Below are positions 1 through 9,743 of a DNA stretch of 64,000 bases, piece by piece. Position 1 is the first letter of the stretch, and every line of letters begins with the position of its first letter. The position numbers and the translations under genes were made by a program. The stretch comes from an uncultured Clostridium sp. (GTDB taxonomy: Bacteria > Bacillota > Clostridia > TANB77 > CAG-508): contig USGY01000002.1 of the NCBI GenBank assembly GCA_900554365.1, forward strand, positions 54,136-118,135. The letters are read 5' to 3'. The notes under the pieces were generated by a model that saw only the letters and a list, made by a program, of their open reading frames with translations, was not told where the DNA came from and ran no database searches.

Positions 1-104
1 CAATAGATTTTATTATTTGCTTTTTTCAATTCGTCTTTAGCACCATCAACAGCACGTCTAACTCCATAACAAAATCCTGCATTTTTTCCTAATACTACTT
101 CCAT
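1..104 (-). CDS. ispH: 4-hydroxy-3-methylbut-2-enyl diphosphate reductase IspH, N-terminal fragment (gene runs off the left edge)
   Basis: Minus-strand translation from the ATG at complement 104 gives MEVVLGKNAGFCYGVRRAVDGAKDELKK, the typical IspH/LytB N-terminus (AGFCxGVxRA). An RBS-like AAGGAG lies upstream. The gene sits just downstream of ispG on the same strand. Confidence 0.6.
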   Translation of the reverse strand, partial: MEVVLGKNAGFCYGVRRAVDGAKDELKKANNKIY

Positions 105-131
105 TTTATTCTCCTTAATTTCGAGATATTT

Positions 132-1193
132 TTATTTGTTATTTACCATTTCTAAAATTTCTTTTTTTAATTCTTCTACAATATGTTCTTGAGGAATTTT
201 TCTTACAACTTCTCCCTTTTTAAATAAAAGTCCTTCTTTTATTCCCCCTGCAATTCCAATATCTGCTCCTCTAGCTTCTCCAGGTCCATTTACAGCACAA
301 CCCATAACAGCAACTGTAATATCAGATTCTATAGTTTGTAAAAATTCTTCTACTTTTTTTGCCATTGGAATTAAATCTATTTGAGTTCTTCCACAAGTTG
401 GGCAAGCAACTAATGTTGGAGATTTATGAAATAATTTACAATCTTTTAAAATTTCTTTTGCAACTTTTATCTCTTTTACAGGATCATCTGATAATGATAC
501 TCTTATTGTATCGCCTATTCCTTGTCTTAACATGTATCCTAATCCAATACTAGACTTAATTGTTCCACTAAACTCTGTTCCACTTTCTGTTATTCCTAAA
601 TGCAATGGACAATCAAAAGTTTTAGCTGCTTCTTCATATGCTTCTATACATAAATCCAAATCACTTGCTTTTAAAGATAGTAAATAATCATGAAAATCTA
701 ATTCTTCTAGTATATCTATATGTTTTTTTGCGCTTTCTACCATTGCTTTTGCAGTTGGCTTACCATATTTAACAAATAAATCTCTTTCTAATGAACCTGC
801 ATTTACTCCTATTCTAATTGGAATATGCTTTTCTTTACACTTATCTACTACAGCTTTTACTCTATCTTTACTACCTATATTTCCTGGATTTATGCGCACT
901 TTATCAACGCCAGATTTTATTGCCTCTAACGCAATTCTGTAATCAAAATGTATATCAGCAACAATTGGAATATGTATTTTTTCTTTTATTTCCTTTATTG
1001 CTCTTGCATCTTCCATATCTAAACATGCAACTCTTATTATTTCACAACCAGCTTTTTCTAAATCTAATATTTGATTTACTGTTGCTTGTATATCCTTAGT
1101 TTTTGTATTACACATTGATTGTATTACTACTTTATTTTGTCCCCCTATCTGTACATTTCCAACCATAACTTTTCTTGTTTTTGTTCGCTCCAT
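132..1193 (-). CDS. ispG: 4-hydroxy-3-methylbut-2-en-1-yl diphosphate synthase (flavodoxin), IspG/GcpE
   Basis: The 353-aa ORF carries the conserved GcpE block (VACPTCGRT ... [10 protein letters not shown]) and a TIM-barrel N-terminal region (RINPGNIG). Confidence 0.9.
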   Translation of the reverse strand: MERTKTRKVMVGNVQIGGQNKVVIQSMCNTKTKDIQATVNQILDLEKAGCEIIRVACLDMEDARAIKEIKEKIHIPIVADIHFDYRIALEAIKSGVDKVRINPGNIGSKDRVKAVVDKCKEKHIPIRIGVNAGSLERDLFVKYGKPTAKAMVESAKKHIDILEELDFHDYLLSLKASDLDLCIEAYEEAAKTFDCPLHLGITESGTEFSGTIKSSIGLGYMLRQGIGDTIRVSLSDDPVKEIKVAKEILKDCKLFHKSPTLVACPTCGRTQIDLIPMAKKVEEFLQTIESDITVAVMGCAVNGPGEARGADIGIAGGIKEGLLFKKGEVVRKIPQEHIVEELKKEILEMVNNK

Positions 1194-1257
1194 TTTTTAT
1201 TTCCTTTCTTATACAACAAAATGTCGCAAAAAGAACCCTTCCCTTTGCGACATTTTC

Positions 1258-1998
1258 CTATTTAGAAGCAATATAATAACCTACTCCTCTTTTGGTTATT
1301 AATATTTTAGGTACTGATGTATCTTTTTCTATTTTTTCTCTTATTCTTCTTACTGTTACATCTACAGTTCTTATGTCACCATAATACTCATATCCCCAAA
1401 CTTTTTCTAACAAAGTTTCCCTTGTTACTACTTGTTCAGGTTGAGATGCTAAGAATTTTAATACTTCAAATTCTCTTAAAGTTAAATCTATAATTTCTCC
1501 TCTAACTTTTACTTCGAATTTATCTAAATCTAACTCAAGTTCTCCCACTTCTATTTTATTATCTTTTTTCTTATCTTCTTTTTGCATATTTAGGTTGTTA
1601 TTATTTGAAACAACTTCAACCTTTCTTAAATTTGCTTTTACTCTTGCAATTAATTCTCTTACACTAAAAGGTTTTGTAATATAATCATCTGCTCCTAATT
1701 CAAGTCCTAATATTTTATCAATTTCACCATCTTTAGCTGTCAACATAATAATAGGTACATTAAATGAATTTTTTATTCTCTTGCAAACAGAAAGTCCATC
1801 TAATTTTGGAAGCATAATATCTAACAATATTAAATCTGGTCTTTTTTCTGTAGCTAATTCAACTGCTGTAAGCCCATCACCAGCTTCTATTGTTTTATAC
1901 CCTTCTTTTTGTAAATTATATACCAATATATCTACAATTGGTTGTTCGTCATCAACTATTAAGATAGTTTTTGCATCATTTTCCAATTCTTCTTCCAC
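1258..1998 (-). CDS. OmpR/PhoB-family two-component response regulator (WalR/YycF-like); no adjacent histidine kinase
   Basis: The receiver domain has the DDE...D...K pattern (ILIVDDE, LLDIMLP, TAK). The C-terminal winged helix has the RTVDVTVRRIREKIE motif. Confidence 0.85.
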   Translation of the reverse strand: MEEELENDAKTILIVDDEQPIVDILVYNLQKEGYKTIEAGDGLTAVELATEKRPDLILLDIMLPKLDGLSVCKRIKNSFNVPIIMLTAKDGEIDKILGLELGADDYITKPFSVRELIARVKANLRKVEVVSNNNNLNMQKEDKKKDNKIEVGELELDLDKFEVKVRGEIIDLTLREFEVLKFLASQPEQVVTRETLLEKVWGYEYYGDIRTVDVTVRRIREKIEKDTSVPKILITKRGVGYYIASK

Positions 1999-2095
1999 AA
2001 AAATTCCGCCTTTCTAATAGCATTATTATATCCTTATTTATATCATAAGTAGCTAAAATATACAAGTTTTTTTGTTAAAATAATTAATTGCATTA

Positions 2096-3835
2096 CTATA
2101 AGTCTACTTTAATATTTACATCTTTTAATTGTTGTTCTGAAACTTTTGAAGGTGCTCTCATTAATAAATCTCTTGCTCTTTTATTTTTAGGGAATGCAAT
2201 TATTTCTCTTATGTTTTGAGAATCAGCTATAAGCATAACCATTCTATCAACTCCAGGCGCAGCTCCAGCATGTGGTGGAGCTCCATATTGGAATGCATTA
2301 TATAATGCTCCAAATCTTTTCTTTACTTCTTCTTCCTCATATCCTGCTATTTCAAATGCTTTTACCATAACTTCTGGATTGTGATTTCTAACAGCTCCAG
2401 ATGCCATTTCATATCCGTTACATACTAAGTCAAATTGATATGCCAATATATCTAATGGATCTTGAGTTTCTAAAGCTTCTAATCCACCTTGTGGCATTGA
2501 AAATGGATTATGATTAAAATCTATTTTTCCTTCATCTGATAATTCATACATTGGGAAATCAACAATAAAGCAAAATCTGTATGTATCTTTTTGTAATAAA
2601 TCTAATCTCTTACCTAATTCGATTCTAACTAATCCTGCTATTTTTTGTGCATTTTTAAATTCGTCAGCTACAAAGAATATTGCACTTTTATCTTTAACAC
2701 CAAAATCATTTTCTAATTTTGCAATCATTTCTGGAGTAATAAATTTAGCAATTCCACCTTGTGCCTCGTTATTTTCTATTTTGGTCCAAGCTAATCCTTT
2801 TGCCCCAACTTCAGGACTTGTTGCAAATTCATTCATTTTATCAAAGAATTTTCTTCCTTGTTCTGCACCATTTGGAACAACTATTATTTTTACAGTTTTT
2901 CCAGCAAATGCTTTAAAATCAGAATCTTTAAAAATTTCTGTTGCATCTTGAATTATTAAAGGATTTCTTAAATCTGGTTTGTCAATTCCGTATTTTTCCA
3001 TAGCTTCTTTATATGGAATTCTTATAAATGGTCCTTCATCAACTTTCCAGTTTGTAAATTTCTTAAAAGTATATGGCACAACTTCTTCCATTACAGCTAA
3101 AACGTCATCTTGCTCTGCAAAACTCATTTCAAAATCTAATTGATAAAATTCTCCAGGTGCTCTATCAGCTCTTGGATCTTCATCTCTAAAGCATGGAGCT
3201 ATTTGAAAATATTTATTAAATCCTGCAAGCATAAGCAATTGTTTAAATTGTTGTGGTGCTTGTGGCAAAGCATAAAATTCTCCTGGATTTAACCTACTTG
3301 GAACTAAATAATCTCTTGCTCCTTCTGGTGATGAATTAGCAAGAATTGGTGTTTGAATTTCTGTAAATCCTAATTCATCCATCTTATCTCTTAATGTTTT
3401 TAAGATTTTAGAACGTAACAAAATATTATTATGTAATTTTTCATTTCTTAAATCTAAAAATCTATATTCTAATCTTAAATCTTCTCTTACTTCTTGTTCA
3501 GTATTAATTTCAAAAGGAAGTACATTTTTACATTTTCCAAGTACTTCAACTTTGCTTGCTAATACTTCAATTTCTCCTGTTTTTATTTTATTGTTTTTAC
3601 TACTTCTTTCTACAACTTTTCCTGTTACCATTATGCAACTTTCTGTAGTATAAGTTTTAACTTCATTTTCTAATTTTTCATCATTTATTACTATTTGAGT
3701 GATTCCAAATTCATCACGTAAGTCAATGAAAATCATTCCACCTAAGTTTCTTATTTTTTGTATCCATCCACTTAGTGTTACTTCTTCATTAACATTTGAA
3801 ATATTTAGTTCACCACAAGTTTTTGTTCTATACAT
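2096..3835 (-). CDS. aspS: aspartate--tRNA ligase
   Basis: The 579-aa ORF has an N-terminal OB anticodon-binding region and class II aaRS motifs (FRDED...R, GGAPPHAGAAPGVDRMVML). Confidence 0.95.
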   Translation of the reverse strand: MYRTKTCGELNISNVNEEVTLSGWIQKIRNLGGMIFIDLRDEFGITQIVINDEKLENEVKTYTTESCIMVTGKVVERSSKNNKIKTGEIEVLASKVEVLGKCKNVLPFEINTEQEVREDLRLEYRFLDLRNEKLHNNILLRSKILKTLRDKMDELGFTEIQTPILANSSPEGARDYLVPSRLNPGEFYALPQAPQQFKQLLMLAGFNKYFQIAPCFRDEDPRADRAPGEFYQLDFEMSFAEQDDVLAVMEEVVPYTFKKFTNWKVDEGPFIRIPYKEAMEKYGIDKPDLRNPLIIQDATEIFKDSDFKAFAGKTVKIIVVPNGAEQGRKFFDKMNEFATSPEVGAKGLAWTKIENNEAQGGIAKFITPEMIAKLENDFGVKDKSAIFFVADEFKNAQKIAGLVRIELGKRLDLLQKDTYRFCFIVDFPMYELSDEGKIDFNHNPFSMPQGGLEALETQDPLDILAYQFDLVCNGYEMASGAVRNHNPEVMVKAFEIAGYEEEEVKKRFGALYNAFQYGAPPHAGAAPGVDRMVMLIADSQNIREIIAFPKNKRARDLLMRAPSKVSEQQLKDVNIKVDL

Positions 3836-3997
3836 TTCTATCTCCTCTTTTTCATTAATTATGCTTTAATATAATATCACAATCTTTGCGAAATATCAAT
3901 GTTTCATCCATTTTTTGTGTTTTCATTTTATAAGACTTGAATTTTTATTATTTTAATGCTATTATTGTTCTATATTCCAAAGAGGAGAAAAAGAAAA

Positions 3998-4917
3998 TGA
4001 ATGGAGAAACCTTTGATTTCTATGATAGAACAAGTCTAAAATCATATAATTTAGATCAAAGCATGAGATATCAATTAAACATGTTAGATAGATTGGATGT
4101 TTTTACAAGAAAACATTCAGAAAATGTAGGAGATTTAACTAGTAGATTGTGCAAAAAATTACATTGTACATCTGGTTTTACTGAATATTGTACTATTTGT
4201 GGTTATTTACATGATATTGGAAAACAATTCATTCCACCAGAAATTTTACAAAAACCTGGGAAATTAACAGATGAAGAATTTGAAGTCATGAAAACACATA
4301 CAACTATTGGTTATAAAATGTGTATGGATGATCCAAAACTAAGACCATATGCAGCAGGTCCTTATTATCATCATGAAGCACTAGATGGTAGTGGTTATCC
4401 TCAAGGCTTAACTAAAAAAGATATACCATATGAAGCACAAATAATCAGAGTTGCTGATGAATATGATGCAATTGTTAGTAAAAGGCAATACAAATCTCAT
4501 ATTGGTATTTCTGATACATTAAAAATATTAATCGAAAATACAAAACCATCACAAAATTCTTCTAGCAAATTAAAAGTTGGTAAAAACAATCCTTTTATAG
4601 TTCGTCAACTATTAAAAGTTGTTATTGAAGATATTGAATACGAAATCTTTCTTACTCAAAGTTATACTAAAAATTTAGAAGAAGAATTAAAAAGACTTAG
4701 CCAAGTGAAAAAATATGAAGATGCTATGAATAAAGCACATACAGAAAAAAAGAAAAATTATTATCTTGAAGGAATGAAAGTATTATTAGTAAACAATGAA
4801 ACAGTAGAGAATTATCATTCTAGATATGATGAATATAAAAAAGCTTATGATACTAGAAAAGCAATTATTGAAAATTTATTTAAAGAAATTAAAATAATAA
4901 AAAAATTAAAAGTTTAA
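3998..4917 (+). CDS. HD-GYP domain protein (putative c-di-GMP phosphodiesterase)
   Basis: It contains the HDIGK and HHEALDGSGYP motifs. The start is trimmed to the ATG that follows the AGAGGAG RBS; the longer track ORF begins in the RBS region. Confidence 0.75.
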
Positions 4918-4918
4918 A

Positions 4919-4952
4919 ACAGAAGGGATTAAAAATCCTCTTCTGTTTTTTA
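4919..4952. terminator. bidirectional rho-independent terminator between the convergent HD-GYP and mazF genes
   Basis: Stem-loop CAGAAGGGATT-AAAA-ATCC(T)CTTCTG followed by a T6 run on the plus strand, with an A-run on the other side. Confidence 0.7.
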
Positions 4953-4960
4953 TTTTCAGA

Positions 4961-5314
4961 TTATAGTCCAAAACTTACTCCTAGCGCATTGTTGACCTTA
5001 TCTATTATATTTTCATCATCAATATGACCTATTCTTTCTTTTAATCTACTTTTATCTATAGTTCTAATTTGTTCTGCCAAAACAACTGAATTACTTTTTA
5101 AACCACATGAAGAAGAATTTATTTCTATGTGTGTAGGCAATTTTGTTTTTCCAGTTTGAGAAGTTATTGCAGCTGCTATGACTGTCGGACTATACTTATT
5201 TCCTAAATCATTTTGTATAATTAAAACCGGTCTTATCCCACCTTGTTCTGAACCAACAACTGGACTTAAATCCGCATAAAACATATCGCCTCTTTTTACT
5301 TGCATATCCTTCAC
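4961..5314 (-). CDS. ndoA: MazF/PemK-family endoribonuclease toxin (EndoA/NdoA-like)
   Basis: The 117-aa ORF is close to B. subtilis EndoA (VKRGD.FYADLSPVVGSEQGGIRPVLIIQND, QIRTIDKSRL). Confidence 0.85.
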   Translation of the reverse strand: MKDMQVKRGDMFYADLSPVVGSEQGGIRPVLIIQNDLGNKYSPTVIAAAITSQTGKTKLPTHIEINSSSCGLKSNSVVLAEQIRTIDKSRLKERIGHIDDENIIDKVNNALGVSFGL

Positions 5315-5372
5315 TCCTAATATTACTATATTGTCAAGTTCGGTTTTTTACTGGTTTGAAGTAAAGAAATAT

Positions 5373-5954
5373 TTATCTATTTACATCTACTTCCCTATAT
5401 AATATGTAAATAGAAACTTTTTTGTTAGTATCTCTAACTTCCATTTTTTCTGGTTTTCCGCTTTTTTTATTTATGTAAAGAGTTGAATTTTTAGTCTCTA
5501 ATATTATTGATTCCTTGTTATTTTTCATAGTTGATTTTTCGTTATTTTTATAATTATTAATAAATGTAATTAAATCAAGTTCATTTTCTGTTATTTCCTT
5601 ATAACCTTCAAAAATTGATTTTAAATTTAATTTTGTATTTTCTATTTTTAAATTTGTTCCTTGTTTTATCATTTTTACACCTGCTATATTACTTGGCTCA
5701 ATAACTTCTTGCTCTAAGTATTGATTTTTTTTGTATTTTTGCTTTATTATATACCTATTTTCATTTTTGTTACTTTTTATATTTACTTCTATTGTTGCTT
5801 TATATGAATTAAGATTTAAAATATTATTAACCTTTTCTTGACTAGTAATATTATTTCCAATTTTAATTTTTTTATTAACTAATACAAAAATAATTATTAA
5901 TATAATTACTACAATCGAAAAAATTATAAAAATTTTTTTATTCAAAAATTTCAC
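5373..5954 (-). CDS. N-terminally membrane-anchored hypothetical protein (N/K-rich ectodomain)
   Basis: The 193-aa ORF has a single N-terminal transmembrane helix and sits in the position where the mazF antitoxin would be expected. Confidence 0.4.
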   Translation of the reverse strand: MKFLNKKIFIIFSIVVIILIIIFVLVNKKIKIGNNITSQEKVNNILNLNSYKATIEVNIKSNKNENRYIIKQKYKKNQYLEQEVIEPSNIAGVKMIKQGTNLKIENTKLNLKSIFEGYKEITENELDLITFINNYKNNEKSTMKNNKESIILETKNSTLYINKKSGKPEKMEVRDTNKKVSIYILYREVDVNR

Positions 5955-6027
5955 CTTCTAAAATAAATGTTTATTAAACTTTATTCTAAAAAGTGAATTT
6001 TATTCATCATTATCTTATTCTAAAATA

Positions 6028-7047
6028 TTACTCATGTAAAGAATCAAAATACTCGTCTATTACTAATTTTAATTCTTTTTCATTTTCTATTTTATTTATT
6101 TTATCACGAAATGCACTGGAATTTTTTAAATTTTTAGTATACCATGAAATATGTTTTCTTAACTCTTTTATTGCAACATTTTCTCCCTTTTCCTCAATTG
6201 CCAAATTTATTTGCTTTTTCATTACATTTAATCTTTCTTCTATTGTTGGAGGATCTAGTTTTTTTCCAGTTTTTAAATAATATTCAATATTTCTAAAAAT
6301 CCACGGATTTCCTAAACTTCCTCTTCCTATCATTATTCCATCAACACCAGTTTGCTCAAACATATGAAGAGCTGACTCTTCATCAACTATATCTCCATTA
6401 CCTATAACAGGAATTTTTACACTTTCTTTTACTTTTTTTATAATATTCCAATCAGCTTTACCTGTATAAAATTCACTACGAGTTCTACCATGTATAGTAA
6501 CTGCAGAAGCTCCTGCTTCTTCAGCAATTTGTGCTATATCTGTTGCAACTATATTTTCCTTATCCCATCCTTTTCTAAACTTTACAGTAACAGGAACAGT
6601 AGCATTTTTTACAACAGTTTCAATAATGTTTTTAGCTTTAGGTAAATCTAATAATAATTTGCTTCCATCTCCATTTTTTACAACTTTAGGAGCTGGACAC
6701 CCCATATTTATATCAATAATATCTGCAAAATTACTCATATATTTAGCAGCATATGCAAGAGTTTCTTCATCACTGCCAAAAACTTGAAAACTTATTGGTC
6801 TTTTTTCTCCTTGAGTATTAAACAATCTTTTTGTTTTCTGATCATTGTGAAACATAGCTCTAGAGCTTGCCATTTCTGTACAAACCATGCCTGCTCCACA
6901 ATCTTTACATACTACTCTAAAAGGCAGGTTTGTAACACCTGCCATAGGAGCTAATATTAAATTATTTTTTAATTTTACATTTCCAATTTTTAATTCGTGT
7001 AAAAACATATCTTCTCCTTTATAATCAAAAACGGTACTTTTTATCAA
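6028..7047 (-). CDS. dusB: tRNA-dihydrouridine synthase (DusB family)
   Basis: The 339-aa ORF carries the Dus signature (LAPMAGVTN, CPAPKV, FMN-binding TIM barrel). Confidence 0.9.
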   Translation of the reverse strand: MIKSTVFDYKGEDMFLHELKIGNVKLKNNLILAPMAGVTNLPFRVVCKDCGAGMVCTEMASSRAMFHNDQKTKRLFNTQGEKRPISFQVFGSDEETLAYAAKYMSNFADIIDINMGCPAPKVVKNGDGSKLLLDLPKAKNIIETVVKNATVPVTVKFRKGWDKENIVATDIAQIAEEAGASAVTIHGRTRSEFYTGKADWNIIKKVKESVKIPVIGNGDIVDEESALHMFEQTGVDGIMIGRGSLGNPWIFRNIEYYLKTGKKLDPPTIEERLNVMKKQINLAIEEKGENVAIKELRKHISWYTKNLKNSSAFRDKINKIENEKELKLVIDEYFDSLHE

Positions 7048-7064
7048 AATACCGTTTGAAAATT

Positions 7065-8171
7065 TTATTTTACAAATATAGTTTTTTGTCTTTTACTACT
7101 TATACTTAACATTAAGCCTACACAAATAAAGTTTGTAATTAATGAACTTCCACCATAACTAATAAAAGGAAGAGGTACACCTGTTATTGGTAATAATCCC
7201 ATTACCATACCAATATTTTCTACCATATGGAATAAAAATATTCCAGTTATTCCTGTTGCAATTAATGATCCTGCTTCATCTTTGGCAGTCTTAGCAACAT
7301 ACATACATTTTGTAATAAGAAATATATATAAAATTATAACTGCACCTGCAACTATAAATCCCATTTCCTCACCAATTACTGCATATATAAAGTCAGTTGT
7401 TTTTGGATATAAAAATCCTAACTGTGTTTGATTTCCTTTTAATAATCCCATTCCAGTCAATCCACCAGCACCAATTGCTAATTTAGACTGAATGATATTA
7501 TATCCTGCACCTCTTGGATCAGATTCTGGATTTAAGAATATATCAATTCTTTTTTTTGCATGTTCTGGTAAAACAAATTGATATAACAATGGTGCTGCTA
7601 TACACATTAATAAAATTGTTACTATAATATATTTTTTATCTATACCTGCAGTTATTAACATTAATGCAGCTGCAACAATAAATGCCATAGCTGTTCCATA
7701 ATCTGGTTGTTTTATTATTAATAATATTGGAACACCTAATATTGCTAGTAATATTAATAATTTAGTTGGTCTATTTATTTCATATTTTCCTTTTGATTGT
7801 ATTCTTGTTATCGCTAATGCAAAAAACAAAATAACAAACACTTTAGCAAACTCTCCTGGTTGGAAAGAGAAAAATCCTATATCAAACCAGCTTGTTGCTC
7901 CATTTACTTCTGGTGTAAATAATACACCAATTAATAACAAAATAAACAGTCCATATAATATAGGCGATAATTTAACCAATACTTCATAATCGATTAACAT
8001 TATGCCTATCATTATTACTATACTTACAGCTAACCATATAGCTTGTTTATTAAATTCATCATGATCTGTACTTTGTGTTGCGGAAAATAGTGCAACCATT
8101 CCTATTATGCTTAAAATAATTGCAACTATTAATATACTCCATTCTACATTTTTTAATTCTCTTCTTCTCAT
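7065..8171 (-). CDS. rodA: SEDS-family peptidoglycan glycosyltransferase (RodA/FtsW/SpoVE family), probably RodA
   Basis: The 368-aa polytopic membrane protein has SEDS motifs (PEFAK, GSSL.T) and lies immediately downstream of minDE. Confidence 0.85.
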   Translation of the reverse strand: MRRRELKNVEWSILIVAIILSIIGMVALFSATQSTDHDEFNKQAIWLAVSIVIMIGIMLIDYEVLVKLSPILYGLFILLLIGVLFTPEVNGATSWFDIGFFSFQPGEFAKVFVILFFALAITRIQSKGKYEINRPTKLLILLAILGVPILLIIKQPDYGTAMAFIVAAALMLITAGIDKKYIIVTILLMCIAAPLLYQFVLPEHAKKRIDIFLNPESDPRGAGYNIIQSKLAIGAGGLTGMGLLKGNQTQLGFLYPKTTDFIYAVIGEEMGFIVAGAVIILYIFLITKCMYVAKTAKDEAGSLIATGITGIFLFHMVENIGMVMGLLPITGVPLPFISYGGSSLITNFICVGLMLSISSKRQKTIFVK

Positions 8172-8187
8172 TAAACCACTCTTTTTC

Positions 8188-8748
8188 CTATTTATTTTCT
8201 GATTTAACTTCCTTTTTTACTTCTGTTTTTTCATCTTGCTTAGTTACTTCTTTATCATCTTCAATTTTGGTAGTTTTTTCACTATTTGTTGTCTTTTTTT
8301 CTTTTTTAGCTTTTTTCTCTTTTGCTTGTCCTTCACTACTACTAGATTGAACTTCTTCTATTATGCCTTCTGCCTCTTCTACAGCTTCTTTTACTTCGCT
8401 ATTTTCGGCTCTTTTTGTTTCTTCTTTTTTTACATCAACTTTTCTTGCTTCATTTTTGATATTTAAAATTGGTATATTAGCATACAAAGCTGGTGCGCCA
8501 TTTGTACCATCGCTATTTTCTTTATTTGTTAATCTAACATCTATTGCACTTTCGTCAACATCAATATATTTTTTTATTACTTCTATTATTTCTTGCTTCA
8601 TTAACTCTAAGAAATCAGCTGATACATTTGCTCTATCTTGCATTAATACTAAATGTAATCTTTCTTTTGCGGCATCTTTTGAATTTGATAAAGCTTTATT
8701 TTCTTTTTTATTCCAGTTCTTAAAAAAATTCATTATGTTATCAAACAT
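8188..8748 (-). CDS. minE: cell-division topological specificity factor MinE with a long K/E-rich C-terminal extension
   Basis: The N-terminal ~90 aa match MinE (NFFKNWNKK...KERLHLVLMQDR). The remaining ~95 aa form a low-complexity K/E/T tail. It lies directly downstream of minD. Confidence 0.8.
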   Translation of the reverse strand: MFDNIMNFFKNWNKKENKALSNSKDAAKERLHLVLMQDRANVSADFLELMKQEIIEVIKKYIDVDESAIDVRLTNKENSDGTNGAPALYANIPILNIKNEARKVDVKKEETKRAENSEVKEAVEEAEGIIEEVQSSSSEGQAKEKKAKKEKKTTNSEKTTKIEDDKEVTKQDEKTEVKKEVKSENK

Positions 8749-8769
8749 TATTATTCCTACTCCTTTAAT

Positions 8770-9564
8770 TTATTGTTTTTTGAATAGTCTTTTTAACTTC
8801 GCAAAAAATCCTTTTTCTCTTCCTGGAATAGTTACTTCTATTTTTTCTCCTAATATTCTTTTGGCAATTTCTATATATGCTTTTCCTGAAGGAGCTTTTT
8901 TATTTTGAATAACTGGTTCTCCTTTATTTGTTTGTGTAATTATATATTCATCATCTGGCACAACACCAATTAAATCTATTGATAAAAGATCGACGATATC
9001 ATCAACGTCCATCATTTCACCTTTTCTTACCATATTAGGTCTAATTCTATTTATAACTAATTCTGGATTTTTAATCTCTGAAGATTCTAAAAGTCCTATA
9101 ATTCTATCTGCATCTCTTATTGCTGATATTTCTGCTGTTGTTACTACGATTGCACGATCAGCTCCTGCAATAGCATTTTTAAATCCTTGTTCTATTCCTG
9201 CTGGACAATCAATTAATATGTAGTCAAATTCTTCTTTTAGCTTTCCTACTAGTTCTCTCATTTGTTCTTCATTTACTGCGCTTTTATCTCTTGTTTGTGC
9301 GGCTGGTAGTAGATATAATTCTTTAAATCTTTTATCTTTTATTAAAGCTTGTCTTAATTTACATTTTCCTTCTACAACATCTACAATGTCATAAACTATT
9401 CTGTTTTCAAGTCCCATTACAACGTCTAAGTTACGCAAACCAATATCAGTATCAATTAATGCAACCTTTTTTCCTTCAACTGCTAAGCTTGATCCTAAAT
9501 TTGCTGTTGTTGTTGTTTTTCCTACTCCACCTTTGCCTGATGTGATAACTATTACTTCTCCCAT
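8770..9564 (-). CDS. minD: septum site-determining ATPase MinD
   Basis: The 264-aa ORF has the deviant Walker A motif GKGGVGKTT and the MinD C-terminal amphipathic helix. Confidence 0.95.
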   Translation of the reverse strand: MGEVIVITSGKGGVGKTTTTANLGSSLAVEGKKVALIDTDIGLRNLDVVMGLENRIVYDIVDVVEGKCKLRQALIKDKRFKELYLLPAAQTRDKSAVNEEQMRELVGKLKEEFDYILIDCPAGIEQGFKNAIAGADRAIVVTTAEISAIRDADRIIGLLESSEIKNPELVINRIRPNMVRKGEMMDVDDIVDLLSIDLIGVVPDDEYIITQTNKGEPVIQNKKAPSGKAYIEIAKRILGEKIEVTIPGREKGFFAKLKRLFKKQ

Positions 9565-9743
9565 AATTTTCCTCCTTAGGATTTTAAAAACACATTTTTA
9601 ATAGCTATATGATATAACGAAAACGCTAAAAAGTCAATTGATTTTGAACTAAAATAACAAAAATGTTTCTAAAATATTACAAAATGTTTACAAAGCGTAA
9701 TATAAGCAAAAAAATATAGGGAAATTCATATTTCCCCATATTT

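Noticed and set aside
359-1099. Plus-strand ORFs (359-553, 818-1099) antisense to ispG
   Set aside because: They are Leu/Tyr-rich and low-complexity, lie fully inside a well-supported minus-strand gene, and have no RBS. These are typical antisense artefacts of AT-rich DNA.
8120-8908. Plus-strand ORFs 8120-8350, 8236-8466 and 8363-8908 overlapping minE and minD
   Set aside because: These are Phe/Ser/Leu-rich antisense translations of the K/E-rich minE tail and of minD, so I do not consider them coding.
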